64,000 nt of DNA from Spirulina sp. (GTDB taxonomy: Bacteria; Cyanobacteriota; Cyanobacteriia; Phormidesmidales; Phormidesmidaceae). Made by a program: the position numbers and the translations under genes. Below the pieces are notes generated by a model. That model searched no databases and was not told the DNA's origin. It worked only from the letters and a program-made list of their open reading frames with translations. Shown here one piece after another: positions 1-9,721 of the stretch (its first letter is position 1; every line of letters begins with the position of its first letter). The stretch covers positions 64,001-128,000 of the forward strand of contig JBIPSI010000011.1 in the NCBI GenBank assembly GCA_044070495.1. Reading direction: 5' to 3'.

Positions 1-1
1 A

Positions 2-496
2 ATGCTGCGGCCTAATTTTTTCAAGCCCCTGCAAACCATGACCGCCAACCTGACCTTTCACAACATCCAGGCCGGAAGCCGTCTTCAGTTGGGAGAAGTG
101 GTGGTGGAAACGGTGGGCCTCAATCCCCACACGGCGGCCCTGGGTTTTCGGGTCAGTTGGCGGGGCAAATCCTTGGTCTACGCCAGCGACACCGATCCCA
201 ATACCGAGGTCGCCGACCCTAACCTCCTGTTCCTCGCATCAGGGGCCGATCTGCTGATTTTTGACGGCACCTACCTGGATATGGCCTACAACGATCCCCG
301 CAGCCATCACCAGGCCCCGTGGAAAATGGGGGTTGAAATTGCCAACACCAGCGGCGTCAAGCGTCTGCTGCTGTTTCACCACAACCCCTGCCACAGTGAC
401 GACGACCTCGCCCAGCTAGAGCGCGAGGTGCAGACGGTCTTTCCCCAGGCCGCCATTGCCCAAGAGGGGATGTGTCTGGATCTGTTTGAGATTTAA
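2..496 (+). CDS. MBL-fold metallo-hydrolase, 3' part (runs off window edge)
   Basis: YASDT, LLIFDGTY and LLLFHHNP..SDDDL motifs typical of cyanobacterial MBL-fold hydrolases. Confidence 0.75.
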   Translation: MLRPNFFKPLQTMTANLTFHNIQAGSRLQLGEVVVETVGLNPHTAALGFRVSWRGKSLVYASDTDPNTEVADPNLLFLASGADLLIFDGTYLDMAYNDPRSHHQAPWKMGVEIANTSGVKRLLLFHHNPCHSDDDLAQLEREVQTVFPQAAIAQEGMCLDLFEI

Positions 497-517
497 AACA
501 GCGGGATTTCGGGGGAT

Positions 518-1519
518 CTAGAACTGCCGCAGGAAGCGTAGATCGCTGGAGTAGAGGCGGCGGATGTCGTCGATTTGGTGCTGCACCATGGCAAGGCGTT
601 CGACCCCTAGGCCAGCGGCAAATCCGGTGTAGACATCGGGATCGTAGCCCACGGCTTTGAGCACGTTGGGGTCGATCATGCCGCAGCCCAGCACTTCCAG
701 CCATTGCCCCTGCCACTGCACATCCACCTCGGCGGAGGGTTCGGTGAAGGGGAAATAGCTGGGGCGGAAGCGCACGGGCAGGTCGCCATAGAGGGCTTCG
801 AGGAACACCTTGATGGTGCCGCGCAGGTCGGTGAAGGTGATGTTTTTGTCCACCGCGAAGAATTCGATCTGGTGGAAGACGGCGGCGTGGGTGGCATCCA
901 CGGTGTCGCGCCGATAGCAACGGCCAATGGCCACGGCTCGCAGGGGCGGCTCGTGGCTTTGCATGTAGCGAATTTGGGTGTTCGAGGTGTGGGTGCGCAT
1001 TAGGTCGCCGTTGGGCAGGTAGAGGGTGTCCTGCATGTCGCGGGCGGGGTGGTCGGGCAGAAAATTCAGGGCCTCGAAGTTGTAGTAGTCGTTTTCGATT
1101 TCCGGGCCATCGGCGACGGTGTAGCCCAACCCCACAAAAATATCGACAATCCGGTCAATGATGCTGTTGATGGGATGCACCCGCCCCTGGGGCCGAAACA
1201 CCCCCGGCATGGTGACATCCAGGGTCTCCGTGGCCAGTTGCGCCTCTAACTTAGCGGTTTCCAGGGCGGTTTTAGACTGCTCTAGCTGGCCCTGAATCAG
1301 ATCCTTAACCTCGTTGGCCAGGGCCCCAATCCGAGGCCGATCCTCGGCAGACAGCTTGCCCATGCCGCCCAACACCTTGGAGAGTTGCCCCTTTTTGCCC
1401 AAATACCCCACCCGCACCTGCTCCAGGTCATCGAGGGTGGCGGCGGCGGCAATGGCCTCCTGGGCGGCGGCTTTCAGCGCCATCAAATCGGATTCTAGGC
1501 TGGTGGGTGCGGTGGTCAT
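518..1519 (-). CDS. pheS: Phenylalanine--tRNA ligase alpha subunit
   Basis: [34 protein letters not shown]. Confidence 0.98.
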   Translation of the reverse strand: MTTAPTSLESDLMALKAAAQEAIAAAATLDDLEQVRVGYLGKKGQLSKVLGGMGKLSAEDRPRIGALANEVKDLIQGQLEQSKTALETAKLEAQLATETLDVTMPGVFRPQGRVHPINSIIDRIVDIFVGLGYTVADGPEIENDYYNFEALNFLPDHPARDMQDTLYLPNGDLMRTHTSNTQIRYMQSHEPPLRAVAIGRCYRRDTVDATHAAVFHQIEFFAVDKNITFTDLRGTIKVFLEALYGDLPVRFRPSYFPFTEPSAEVDVQWQGQWLEVLGCGMIDPNVLKAVGYDPDVYTGFAAGLGVERLAMVQHQIDDIRRLYSSDLRFLRQF

Positions 1520-1595
1520 CCTGGGTTACGCAGTGCGGGACAATAGTGCAAAGACGGCTAAGCTTTGACTATTTTAATGGCGTATGGGCACCTGC

Positions 1596-2426
1596 ATGAA
1601 CATCCTGGTCAGTAACGACGATGGCATTTTGGCGCTGGGGGTACGCACCCTGGCCACAACCCTGGCGGCGGCAGGGCATCGGGTCACGGTGGTCTGCCCC
1701 GACCGAGAACGATCCGCCACGGGCCATGGCCTCACCATGCACAAACCCCTACGGGCCGACCCCGTCACCGATATCTACCCGCCCGAAATCCAAGCCTGGG
1801 CCTGTTCCGGTACGCCCTCGGACTGCGTGAAGCTGGCCCTAGGGGCGCTGATGGAAACTCCGCCGGATGTGGTGGTCTCCGGCATTAACCACGGAGCCAA
1901 CCTGGGGACAGATGTGCTCTATTCCGGCACCGTGTCCGCCGCCATGGAGGGGGCGATGGAAGGAATGCCCGCCATCGCCGTTAGCCTCACCAACTACAAA
2001 GGTGGCAACTTCGACCTCGCAGCCGCCTTTGTGCGGGACTTGCTGGCTCCAGATGGACACCTGCCCCTGTCGCCAGCGCTTTTGCTCAACGTCAATGTGC
2101 CCGACCTGCCTCCAGCGGATATCAAAGGGGCAAAAGTCACCCGCCAGGGCATCCGCCGCTACCACGAACAATTCGCGAAACGCACCGACCCCAGGGGCAA
2201 AACCTACTATTGGCTGGCCGGAGAAGTCCTCGAAGACGTAGAAGATCCCGTCGCCCAGTTACCCTACCCCCCAGACCAGCGGGAGGCCATTCTCGCCATC
2301 CCCACCGATGTCCAGGCCATCCAAGCGGGCTATATTTCGATCACGCCTTTGCAATACAACCTCACGGCGGTTACTACGCTTACCGCCCTCAGCCAGTGGT
2401 TCCCGCCTGACATTCCTAGCGCCTGA
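1596..2426 (+). CDS. surE: 5'/3'-nucleotidase SurE
   Basis: [33 protein letters not shown]. Confidence 0.97.
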   Translation: MNILVSNDDGILALGVRTLATTLAAAGHRVTVVCPDRERSATGHGLTMHKPLRADPVTDIYPPEIQAWACSGTPSDCVKLALGALMETPPDVVVSGINHGANLGTDVLYSGTVSAAMEGAMEGMPAIAVSLTNYKGGNFDLAAAFVRDLLAPDGHLPLSPALLLNVNVPDLPPADIKGAKVTRQGIRRYHEQFAKRTDPRGKTYYWLAGEVLEDVEDPVAQLPYPPDQREAILAIPTDVQAIQAGYISITPLQYNLTAVTTLTALSQWFPPDIPSA

Positions 2427-2477
2427 TTTCTGGGAGATTTACGAAGAAATAAGGTTTCGATGACGGTGTTTCCTGTT

Positions 2478-2530
2478 GGTGCATTGCTTCGCGTTGACGT
2501 AGTCTCGCCTTGGCGTTAGGCACCCTACGA
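2478..2530. repeat. ~52-bp dispersed REP-like element (GGTGCATTGC...GCACCCTACG)
   Basis: Reverse complement recurs at 32521-32613; related ends at 15375-15446 and 33347-33440. Confidence 0.65.
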
Positions 2531-2566
2531 TGATTTAATCCCGAATCCCCACTCCCGATTCCCCCC

Positions 2567-4363
2567 ATGAAAATCGCCATTGCCCAACTCAATCCCACCA
2601 TCGGCGACCTTGCCCACAACGCACAGCAAATTTTGACCGCTGCCCAAGCGACCCACCACCAAGGGGCACAGGTTTTGGTGACGACGGAACTGGCTCTTTG
2701 TGGCTATCCACCCCGTGATTTGCTGCTGCGGCCTGGATTTATTACGGCGATGGCTCAGCAGTTGGAGCATCTCGCCATGGAACTGCCCCCCGAAATGGCA
2801 GTGCTAGTGGGGTTTGCGGCGGCGAATCCCAATGCCCTTCAGCGGGGGGAAAAGCCTCTGTTCAACAGCACCGCCCTTTTGCAGGGGGGCCAGGTGCAGC
2901 AGGTGTTCCATAAACAATTGCTGCCCACCTACGATGTGTTTGACGAAGACCGCTACTTTGCGCCAGGGACGGGGCCAAGCCGCTTTACCCTCAGCACCCC
3001 TGAGGGCGATGTGAACCTGGGCATCACCATCTGCGAAGACCTGTGGAACGACGAGGAATTTTGGGGCGGACGCAGCTATCCCCGCAACCCCATCGCCGAC
3101 TTGGCCGAGGCCGGGGTGGATCTGGTGATTAACCTATCGGCCTCGCCCTACTCCCTGCAAAAGCCCCAACTGCGGGCGGCCATGCTCACCCACAGCGCCA
3201 CGCGGTTTCGCTGCCCCATTCTCTACGCCAACCAGGTGGGGGCCAACGACGATTTGATTTTTGACGGCACCAGTATGGCCTTCAACCGCCAGGGAGAACT
3301 GGTGGCACGGCTGTCCTCCTGCCAAACTGGGCTGATGGTGGTGGAGTACGACCTCGCCAAGGCCGACCTACTGCCGGGAACCGTCGCCCCCCTGCCCACC
3401 GACGACAACGAAGCCCTCTGGCTGGCCCTGGTGCTGGGGGTGCAAGACTATGCCCGCAAGTGCGGCTTTCGCAAAGCGGTGGTCGGCCTCAGCGGCGGGG
3501 TGGATTCGGCCCTGGTGGCGGCGATTGCGGCGGCGGCCCTCGGCCCAGAACAAGTGCTGGCGGTGCTGATGCCTTCCCCCTACAGTTCCGACCACTCCGT
3601 CAGCGATGCCCTGGCCCTCTGCGAAACCTTGGGGATTCCCCACCAAACTCTGGCCATCGGCCCGCTGATGGCAGGCTACGATCAGGTGCTCGATCCGCTG
3701 TTTGCCGATACCGAACCGGGCATTGCCGAAGAAAATATCCAGTCCCGCATTCGGGGCAATTTATTGATGGGGATTTCCAACAAATTTGGCCATTTGCTGC
3801 TGTCTACGGGCAACAAATCCGAAATGGCGGTGGGCTACTGCACCCTCTACGGCGACATGAACGGTGGCCTCGCGGTCATTGCCGACGTACCCAAAACCCG
3901 CGTCTACGCCCTCTGCCACTGGCTGAACCAGCAGGGACAGTTCCCACCGTCCATGGCTAGTCAGGACAACCCAGATGCCGAGAACTCCGAATCCCAAGCT
4001 GTACCCCCCAGTCGAGATCCCCTCGGTGCCCTCGCCCATCTGAGAGGTCAGGCTCCCCAGGGCTTCATTCCCAGCCACATCCTCACCAAGCCCCCCAGTG
4101 CCGAACTCAAACCGGGCCAGATGGATCAAGACTCCCTGCCCCCCTACGACGTACTAGACGACATTCTGGAACGCCTGGTGCAACGCCACGAATCCACCGC
4201 CGATATTGTCGCCGCTGGCCATGATCAGGCGGTGGTAGATCGGGTGATGCGCCTGGTAGCTAGGGCGGAATTCAAACGCCGCCAAGCGCCCCCTGTCCTC
4301 AAGGTCACCGACCGTGCCTTTGGTATGGGCTGGCGAATGCCCATCGCCTCCCGCTGGCCCTAG
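2567..4363 (+). CDS. nadE: Glutamine-dependent NAD+ synthetase
   Basis: N-terminal nitrilase domain (ICEDLW) plus GLSGGVDS, NKSE and PPSAEL motifs. Confidence 0.97.
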   Translation: MKIAIAQLNPTIGDLAHNAQQILTAAQATHHQGAQVLVTTELALCGYPPRDLLLRPGFITAMAQQLEHLAMELPPEMAVLVGFAAANPNALQRGEKPLFNSTALLQGGQVQQVFHKQLLPTYDVFDEDRYFAPGTGPSRFTLSTPEGDVNLGITICEDLWNDEEFWGGRSYPRNPIADLAEAGVDLVINLSASPYSLQKPQLRAAMLTHSATRFRCPILYANQVGANDDLIFDGTSMAFNRQGELVARLSSCQTGLMVVEYDLAKADLLPGTVAPLPTDDNEALWLALVLGVQDYARKCGFRKAVVGLSGGVDSALVAAIAAAALGPEQVLAVLMPSPYSSDHSVSDALALCETLGIPHQTLAIGPLMAGYDQVLDPLFADTEPGIAEENIQSRIRGNLLMGISNKFGHLLLSTGNKSEMAVGYCTLYGDMNGGLAVIADVPKTRVYALCHWLNQQGQFPPSMASQDNPDAENSESQAVPPSRDPLGALAHLRGQAPQGFIPSHILTKPPSAELKPGQMDQDSLPPYDVLDDILERLVQRHESTADIVAAGHDQAVVDRVMRLVARAEFKRRQAPPVLKVTDRAFGMGWRMPIASRWP

Positions 4364-4405
4364 GTAAACCCCAGTTCAGGCTAAAGCCCCCCTGCCCTGC
4401 CCCCT

Positions 4406-4498
4406 AATCCTCTTTAGAGGATTTCAGCCTTCAGCCAAGGACTTCGAGTCCTTGGCTTGGCTCCCTGGCTCATCGCCCAAGTCTGCTGAAGCAGGCTC
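4406..4498. repeat. Cluster of short intergenic palindromes
   Basis: AATCCTCT-TT-AGAGGATT (4406-4423), AGCCAAGGACT-TCG-AGTCCTTGGCT (4433-4457), AGTCTGCT-GA-AGCAGGCT (~4480-4497). Confidence 0.6.
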
Positions 4499-4688
4499 AA
4501 GACCGCTTCGATAGAAACTCATTGCGATAGAGCCTTATATCTTCCTCTCTGGGAGAGGGGCTATGGGTATGGCTCGTTTCCCTGGGGACAGATTCGTCTA
4601 GTCTCGCTGCCTCCCAGGTCTCCGCGCTTCAAAACCTTGAATCCTCAGTATCATCAGGGAGCACTCCCCCGTCCCGTAGCGCCTGGGC

Positions 4689-5816
4689 ATGGATATTCTC
4701 AATCTGCTCACCCGATTGTTGCTGTGGCTGGCCATTGGCTATGGCCTATGGTGGGTTGTGCAGAAGCTGATCCCAGAAAAATGGCTGACCTGGCTGGGGG
4801 GAGGCATCATTCTGCTGCTGGTGGCGGCGGCATTTATTGACCCCAACGACCGCACGGTGGGCACCTTTTGGGACTTGCTGTCCCTGCCGCTGACGCCCCT
4901 GGGGGCGGCGATTACTATGCTAGCCCTGTCGTTGACCAAGGGACTGAAGAAGGTCGAGGGCAAGCTAGTGGTGGCGGCCCTAGCGGTGCTGTGGGTGAGC
5001 AGTACGCCCCTGGTGGCGCGGGGGCTTTCGGTACAGGCGGAGGAGTCGGTGCAGCGAGCCTACGAAAATCAGCAGATGATTTGCAGCAGCAACTTCTGTG
5101 CCGCCACCGATGCCCTGCCCGTGCAGTTGGCTAGGGCCATGGTGATTGTGGGGGACAACGCCGATGCCTACCGGGTCTCGAACAATTTGCCCAGCCAGAG
5201 CGACTCGGATGTGCCCCTTGATCCGATTCTGGTGTCGCGGCTCAACAGTGCCGCCGATGTCTATGGTCGGGTGGCAACGGCTGGCCCCTTGGTGACGGTA
5301 ACGGCTGGGGCCAGGGATGGCAACAGCGATGCAGGCCAACAGTTAGACCAATCCATCCGACAACGGCTGGTCAATCGCGGCATCCCCGATGCCAGCATCC
5401 GCATCATCAACACCGGGATGGACATTCGCGGCACCGTGGAAGATCAATCCAGCTTTTTGGCCGACCGGGGCCTGTTTGACCCCCTAGAGCGCGGCGAACG
5501 GCGCAACGAACGGGAAAACCGCACCGCCAACCGCGTGATTTTGGTCACCCCCGCCCTCACCATGCGCCGTGCCGCCCTCGCCTTTGAGAACGATGGCCTG
5601 CAAGTGGTCGCTTGGCCCACAGAACTCTATGGAGCCCCCCGCAGCAACGCCGATGGCACCCTGGCCCGCTTTGCCGACCTGGTTCCCAACGTGGGAGCCT
5701 TACGCATTACCACCCGCTACTGGGAAGAACTGCTGGCCTCGATGTACTACTACCTGCGGGGGTGGCTGCCCTCCTTCAGTATGCAGTGGGACGAGGTGGT
5801 GGAAACCCTCAACTAA
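4689..5816 (+). CDS. YdcF/DUF218 (ElyC-like) membrane protein
   Basis: N-terminal TM helices; ILVTPALTMRRAALAF and C-terminal YYYLRGW motifs. Confidence 0.75.
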   Translation: MDILNLLTRLLLWLAIGYGLWWVVQKLIPEKWLTWLGGGIILLLVAAAFIDPNDRTVGTFWDLLSLPLTPLGAAITMLALSLTKGLKKVEGKLVVAALAVLWVSSTPLVARGLSVQAEESVQRAYENQQMICSSNFCAATDALPVQLARAMVIVGDNADAYRVSNNLPSQSDSDVPLDPILVSRLNSAADVYGRVATAGPLVTVTAGARDGNSDAGQQLDQSIRQRLVNRGIPDASIRIINTGMDIRGTVEDQSSFLADRGLFDPLERGERRNERENRTANRVILVTPALTMRRAALAFENDGLQVVAWPTELYGAPRSNADGTLARFADLVPNVGALRITTRYWEELLASMYYYLRGWLPSFSMQWDEVVETLN

Positions 5817-6009
5817 GGCCTCGGCCCAGCCCCTTTTAGTTAAAAGGCCATGGGATCTGAACGCTGGGCCACATCGGTTTGACGGTAAGGGGCTGACGGC
5901 ACTTAGTAAAATGTATGTCCAGCTACAAAATCCTATGACTTCCCTATCTTTCCTACCTATGATGAGAGGCTGAATTTTAGTTTTAGTCCTCTTAATAGCC
6001 CCAATTTCC

Positions 6010-6417
6010 ATGAAATACACCCTTAGCCCCCTTTTGTTGCTGCCCTTCTTGGTGATGGCCTGTGATCGATCTACCCCCACCACCGCCGATCTTGAGGCCC
6101 AACTGTGCAGCAACCTCGACCAGTTTGGCACCGCCCTGACCGAATTGGGCCAGATCAACGCCCAGTCCTCCGTCAACGATCTCCAAACCGCCCGCACCAA
6201 CGTGGCCCAGGCTTATCAGGCCGTCCGCGATGCCTCCACCGCCGTAGAAGCCAGCCGCACCGCCGACCTGGAAGCGGCCTACGCCAACTTCGACACCACC
6301 GTCAACAACATTTCTGGAAGCGATACCCTAGGGGCCGCCGCCACCCAGGTGCAAACGGCCCTAGCCGATATCCAAACCGCTCGCGAGCAACTGGATGCAG
6401 GGCTGAACTGCCCCTAA
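6010..6417 (+). CDS. Hypothetical lipoprotein (helical)
   Basis: Signal peptide with lipobox LVMAC. Confidence 0.7.
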   Translation: MKYTLSPLLLLPFLVMACDRSTPTTADLEAQLCSNLDQFGTALTELGQINAQSSVNDLQTARTNVAQAYQAVRDASTAVEASRTADLEAAYANFDTTVNNISGSDTLGAAATQVQTALADIQTAREQLDAGLNCP

Positions 6418-6493
6418 CGTTTTCCTGGCGACTTTTCTATCACCTTCAACACACTCACTCCAGGGGCCTAGGCCCCTTTTTTTCTGGCTTTAC

Positions 6494-6964
6494 CTAGCCA
6501 TGACAGCCTTTGTAGCGTTTGCCGCTGCCACACCAGCAAGGATCGTTGCGGCGAGGAATAACGGGCGGTAACTGATCCCCATCCACGTAAAACCAGCGTT
6601 CCCGTTGCTTCACAAAGCGAGATCGTTCGTGGATTTGTCCTGGTTTGGGGTCTTGGTAGTAGGCAATAAATTCCACCTGCCCCTGGCGATCTGCGGCTTG
6701 GCCCTGCTGGGTTTGCAACACTCGCAGCCCCAGCCAATCGGTGTTTTTGATGCTTTTGATCAACTGCTGCCGCTCGTTGGGATGGCGCTGGGTGGGGTGA
6801 TGGGTGGCGATGAGGTAATCTACCTCGCCCAGGGCAAAGGCAGTGTAGCGGGATCGCATTAAAGTTTCTGCCGTGGGTGCGTTCGCTTGACCTAGAACAT
6901 AGGGGCCACAACAGTCCTGCAAAATTTCCCCCGATCCACAGGGGCAAGGCGACGCGACCTCCAT
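6494..6964 (-). CDS. YchJ family protein with SEC-C motifs
   Basis: CPCGSG..CC, AETLMRSRYTAF, HERSRF, C-terminal RNDPCWCGSGKRYKGCHG. Confidence 0.93.
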   Translation of the reverse strand: MEVASPCPCGSGEILQDCCGPYVLGQANAPTAETLMRSRYTAFALGEVDYLIATHHPTQRHPNERQQLIKSIKNTDWLGLRVLQTQQGQAADRQGQVEFIAYYQDPKPGQIHERSRFVKQRERWFYVDGDQLPPVIPRRNDPCWCGSGKRYKGCHG

Positions 6965-6966
6965 TC

Positions 6967-8070
6967 CTAGCTCCGCTGACTGGCTGGCAAAATTAGGGCA
7001 TCGGTGAGGGGTTCCACCCGGTGGCGCGGCATGGCGTGGTAGCCGTTGGCATCGAGCTGTTTAATGCGCTCGAAGAACACCTCATAGAAGCGCTCTAGGC
7101 AATCGCAGAACCAGGCTTGGTAGTGGGGCCACTGGTCGCGGTTGTCAAAGTCTACGTTTTCCAGCAGGCAGGCGATCACACAGGTTTGCTCGCCGCTGTC
7201 GTCCCAAATCAACGGCAGGCCAATTTCGTCGGCGATTAGTTCTCGCTCGTGGGCCAGCAGGTAAAAGTGGGCATGGGCATCAATGCCCGATAGCAGCAGT
7301 TCGGTATACAGGCTGCGGTGCTCCAAATCCAAAATGGCATTGAGCCGAAACCCCGCTCTGGCAATGGCAAAACCCATGGTGGCCTCCGGTGTAGGATTCC
7401 CCGGTTTGACCAGGCTACCCAGACGATCCATGTGCTCACACAGGCCCGTCCAAAAGTCTCTATTCGCCTGCTGAGCCTCGGTCAGGGGTTCCGGTTCCGG
7501 ATCTGGCTCCGGTTCTGCCGCCCCACTTGCCTGGGTTTGGGAACCCTCATCGGCCCCGTCCTCAGACTCCCCCAGGCTGTCTTGCAGGGGGTTGAAATTC
7601 ACCGCCATGGCGTTTTTGCCAATGCACCATAGCTCCACTTCCACGCCCAAAAATGCGGCCTGGTCTTGGCCAAGCTGGTTCAGCCAGTCGAGGGCTTGCT
7701 GGTGTTCGGCGGTAAACTCAGCGGCAATCCACACCACCGTAGAAGCCTCGGCCAAAGCGGCCCCGGTGATCAGTTCCCCCAGTTGGGGCGTTTCGCTGTT
7801 CCCCGGATAGGCGGCAACCAAGACAATCTGATCGGTCTCCCCATCCTGAAACAAACCGTACGCGGCGTCAGCCTCGTCTTCAGGGGCATCGTCCTCGGCC
7901 AAGGGAGCCAGCGCCAGCCCCAACGCATCGCTGAGCAGGTCTAGGTTTTCGGCCTCGGCCAGCCAGTGCTGAAAATCGGCGGCGTTTGGCCAATAGTCGG
8001 CGGGATTCATTTTTTCGAGCCGTCCCAGCTTGGGTTTGGCAGATGGCTTGGGCCGCATGGATAAAGTCAC
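6967..8070 (-). CDS. DUF4268-domain protein (degenerate PD-(D/E)XK-like N-terminus)
   Basis: HLG-like/VWIAAEFTAEHQQALDWLN segment and C-terminal FW..IADEIGLPLIWD..W pattern. Confidence 0.7.
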   Translation of the reverse strand: MTLSMRPKPSAKPKLGRLEKMNPADYWPNAADFQHWLAEAENLDLLSDALGLALAPLAEDDAPEDEADAAYGLFQDGETDQIVLVAAYPGNSETPQLGELITGAALAEASTVVWIAAEFTAEHQQALDWLNQLGQDQAAFLGVEVELWCIGKNAMAVNFNPLQDSLGESEDGADEGSQTQASGAAEPEPDPEPEPLTEAQQANRDFWTGLCEHMDRLGSLVKPGNPTPEATMGFAIARAGFRLNAILDLEHRSLYTELLLSGIDAHAHFYLLAHERELIADEIGLPLIWDDSGEQTCVIACLLENVDFDNRDQWPHYQAWFCDCLERFYEVFFERIKQLDANGYHAMPRHRVEPLTDALILPASQRS

Positions 8071-8273
8071 TCAGCAGGGTTTATGATCCTAACTCCTATT
8101 ATGGCCTAGGGCGTCTGCAAACCTCAGACCAACCTCAATTGCCCCTGTCCTAGCATCAGCAACATTCATACCGCATCTATTCCTCACCCAGCCTCACCTC
8201 AGTTCGGGTCAAACTCAGCGGCCCTAGGCCCTAGCAACCTGCTTCCGGCTGGCCCATTAGCCCCTATAGACAG

Positions 8274-9086
8274 CTATGGCAAATTCAGGAATTGACGCAT
8301 TAGCTCCGCTGCACGACGCTGATCGGCAAGGCCGACATGGGTCATCAGATTCACTTCGGTCGTCACAGGTATCAGGGAACCCGATTGTAGATGTAGCCGT
8401 AGCCTTTTTTCCCTGGCATCTCGCCACCATTCGTGGCACAGTTCCACCTTCACCACCTCACTCAGGCGATAGGTGCGATGGCGTGAGTTCCCATGCAGGC
8501 AGGCGTCGGTCAAGATGATCTGATCTCTGGGGCGATCCATCTCCAGCGCCACCATCACGGGCCGTCTTAGGGGGAGAATCCCGATGGTGATCGCGGTGAG
8601 GAGGGTAAAGCCCCCGCCAATCCATTGCACCCCACGGTGGGGAGGGACTCGGTAAACCCAGGGCTGAGGCTGGGGATCGGCGAGATACTGAATCAGGGCT
8701 ATGGCCTGGGCTTCCTGGGGCTGAAGTTCACTGGTCTGTCCAGCAAAGGTCTGTTCTTCGCCCGTGGGGCTGGCCAGCACGAGGGCATAGCGATAGTCGT
8801 CGTCACTCCACCAGGGGGCTGAACGCTTGAGCAGACTGACCTCCTGCACCTCTGCCAGGTAGAACTGGGGCCGCTGCTGCCACAACCGTCGCTGGGTGGC
8901 CCGACACTGCACCGCCGCATCCTCCGCTTCGGCCCAGCAGGTGAGGACATGGGTGGGCCAAGTCAAGAGAATTCCCAAAAACACGGCGGCCACCAGCAGG
9001 CTAATGATCGCCCAAAGCCAATGGCTGCGGGACTCTTTGTTAAAGGTGAGGTACAGCCTTCGGTGAGTGTTTTCCAAGACCTGCAT
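8274..9086 (-). CDS. Hypothetical membrane protein (start could extend to 9128)
   Basis: Long ORF with two predicted TM segments. Confidence 0.6.
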   Translation of the reverse strand: MQVLENTHRRLYLTFNKESRSHWLWAIISLLVAAVFLGILLTWPTHVLTCWAEAEDAAVQCRATQRRLWQQRPQFYLAEVQEVSLLKRSAPWWSDDDYRYALVLASPTGEEQTFAGQTSELQPQEAQAIALIQYLADPQPQPWVYRVPPHRGVQWIGGGFTLLTAITIGILPLRRPVMVALEMDRPRDQIILTDACLHGNSRHRTYRLSEVVKVELCHEWWRDAREKRLRLHLQSGSLIPVTTEVNLMTHVGLADQRRAAELMRQFLNLP

Positions 9087-9269
9087 GGGGCACTCCAAGG
9101 ACAGATTGGCCTTAAAGGTAATGCCCAAATTCTAGCCCCCTAGCCCTAGATCGAGGTTGCCAAATCTGTTCAGAACCCTAGAAAACCTTCTTGGCATTTA
9201 TCGGCCTGCCGTGGGATAATGAAAGACTGTGTCTTAACTTTCCATCCGCACTACTCTAGGTGAACTGTC

Positions 9270-9458
9270 ATGGCTAAAGGCGTCCGCCTCGTCATTACCC
9301 TTGAGTGCACTGAATGCCGGACTAACCCGGACAAGCGCTCTAACGGTGTATCTCGCTACACCACCCAAAAGAACCGTCGCAACACGACGGGCCGCATTGA
9401 ACTGAAGAAGTTCTGCACCCACTGCAACAAGCACACCGTCCACAAAGAAATCAAGTAA
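9270..9458 (+). CDS. rpmG: 50S ribosomal protein L33
   Basis: [16 protein letters not shown]...RIELKKFC. Confidence 0.98.
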   Translation: MAKGVRLVITLECTECRTNPDKRSNGVSRYTTQKNRRNTTGRIELKKFCTHCNKHTVHKEIK

Positions 9459-9467
9459 GCAACTCCC

Positions 9468-9683
9468 ATGGCCTATTTTCGTCGTCGAGTATCTCCAATC
9501 AAGCCCGAAGAAAAGATTGATTACAAAGATGTAGACTTGCTCCGCAAGTTTGTCACCGAGCGCGGCAAAATTCTGCCCCGCCGCATCACTGGCTTGACCG
9601 CTCAGCAGCAGCGGGATCTCACCGTCGCCATCAAACGCGCCCGCATTCTGGCCCTACTCCCCTATGTGAATGGGGAAGGCTAG
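9468..9683 (+). CDS. rpsR: 30S ribosomal protein S18
   Basis: [26 protein letters not shown]. Confidence 0.98.
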   Translation: MAYFRRRVSPIKPEEKIDYKDVDLLRKFVTERGKILPRRITGLTAQQQRDLTVAIKRARILALLPYVNGEG

Positions 9684-9721
9684 GCTAGGGTAGAAGGTGG
9701 CGATTGTAGGGTAGGGTTCTG

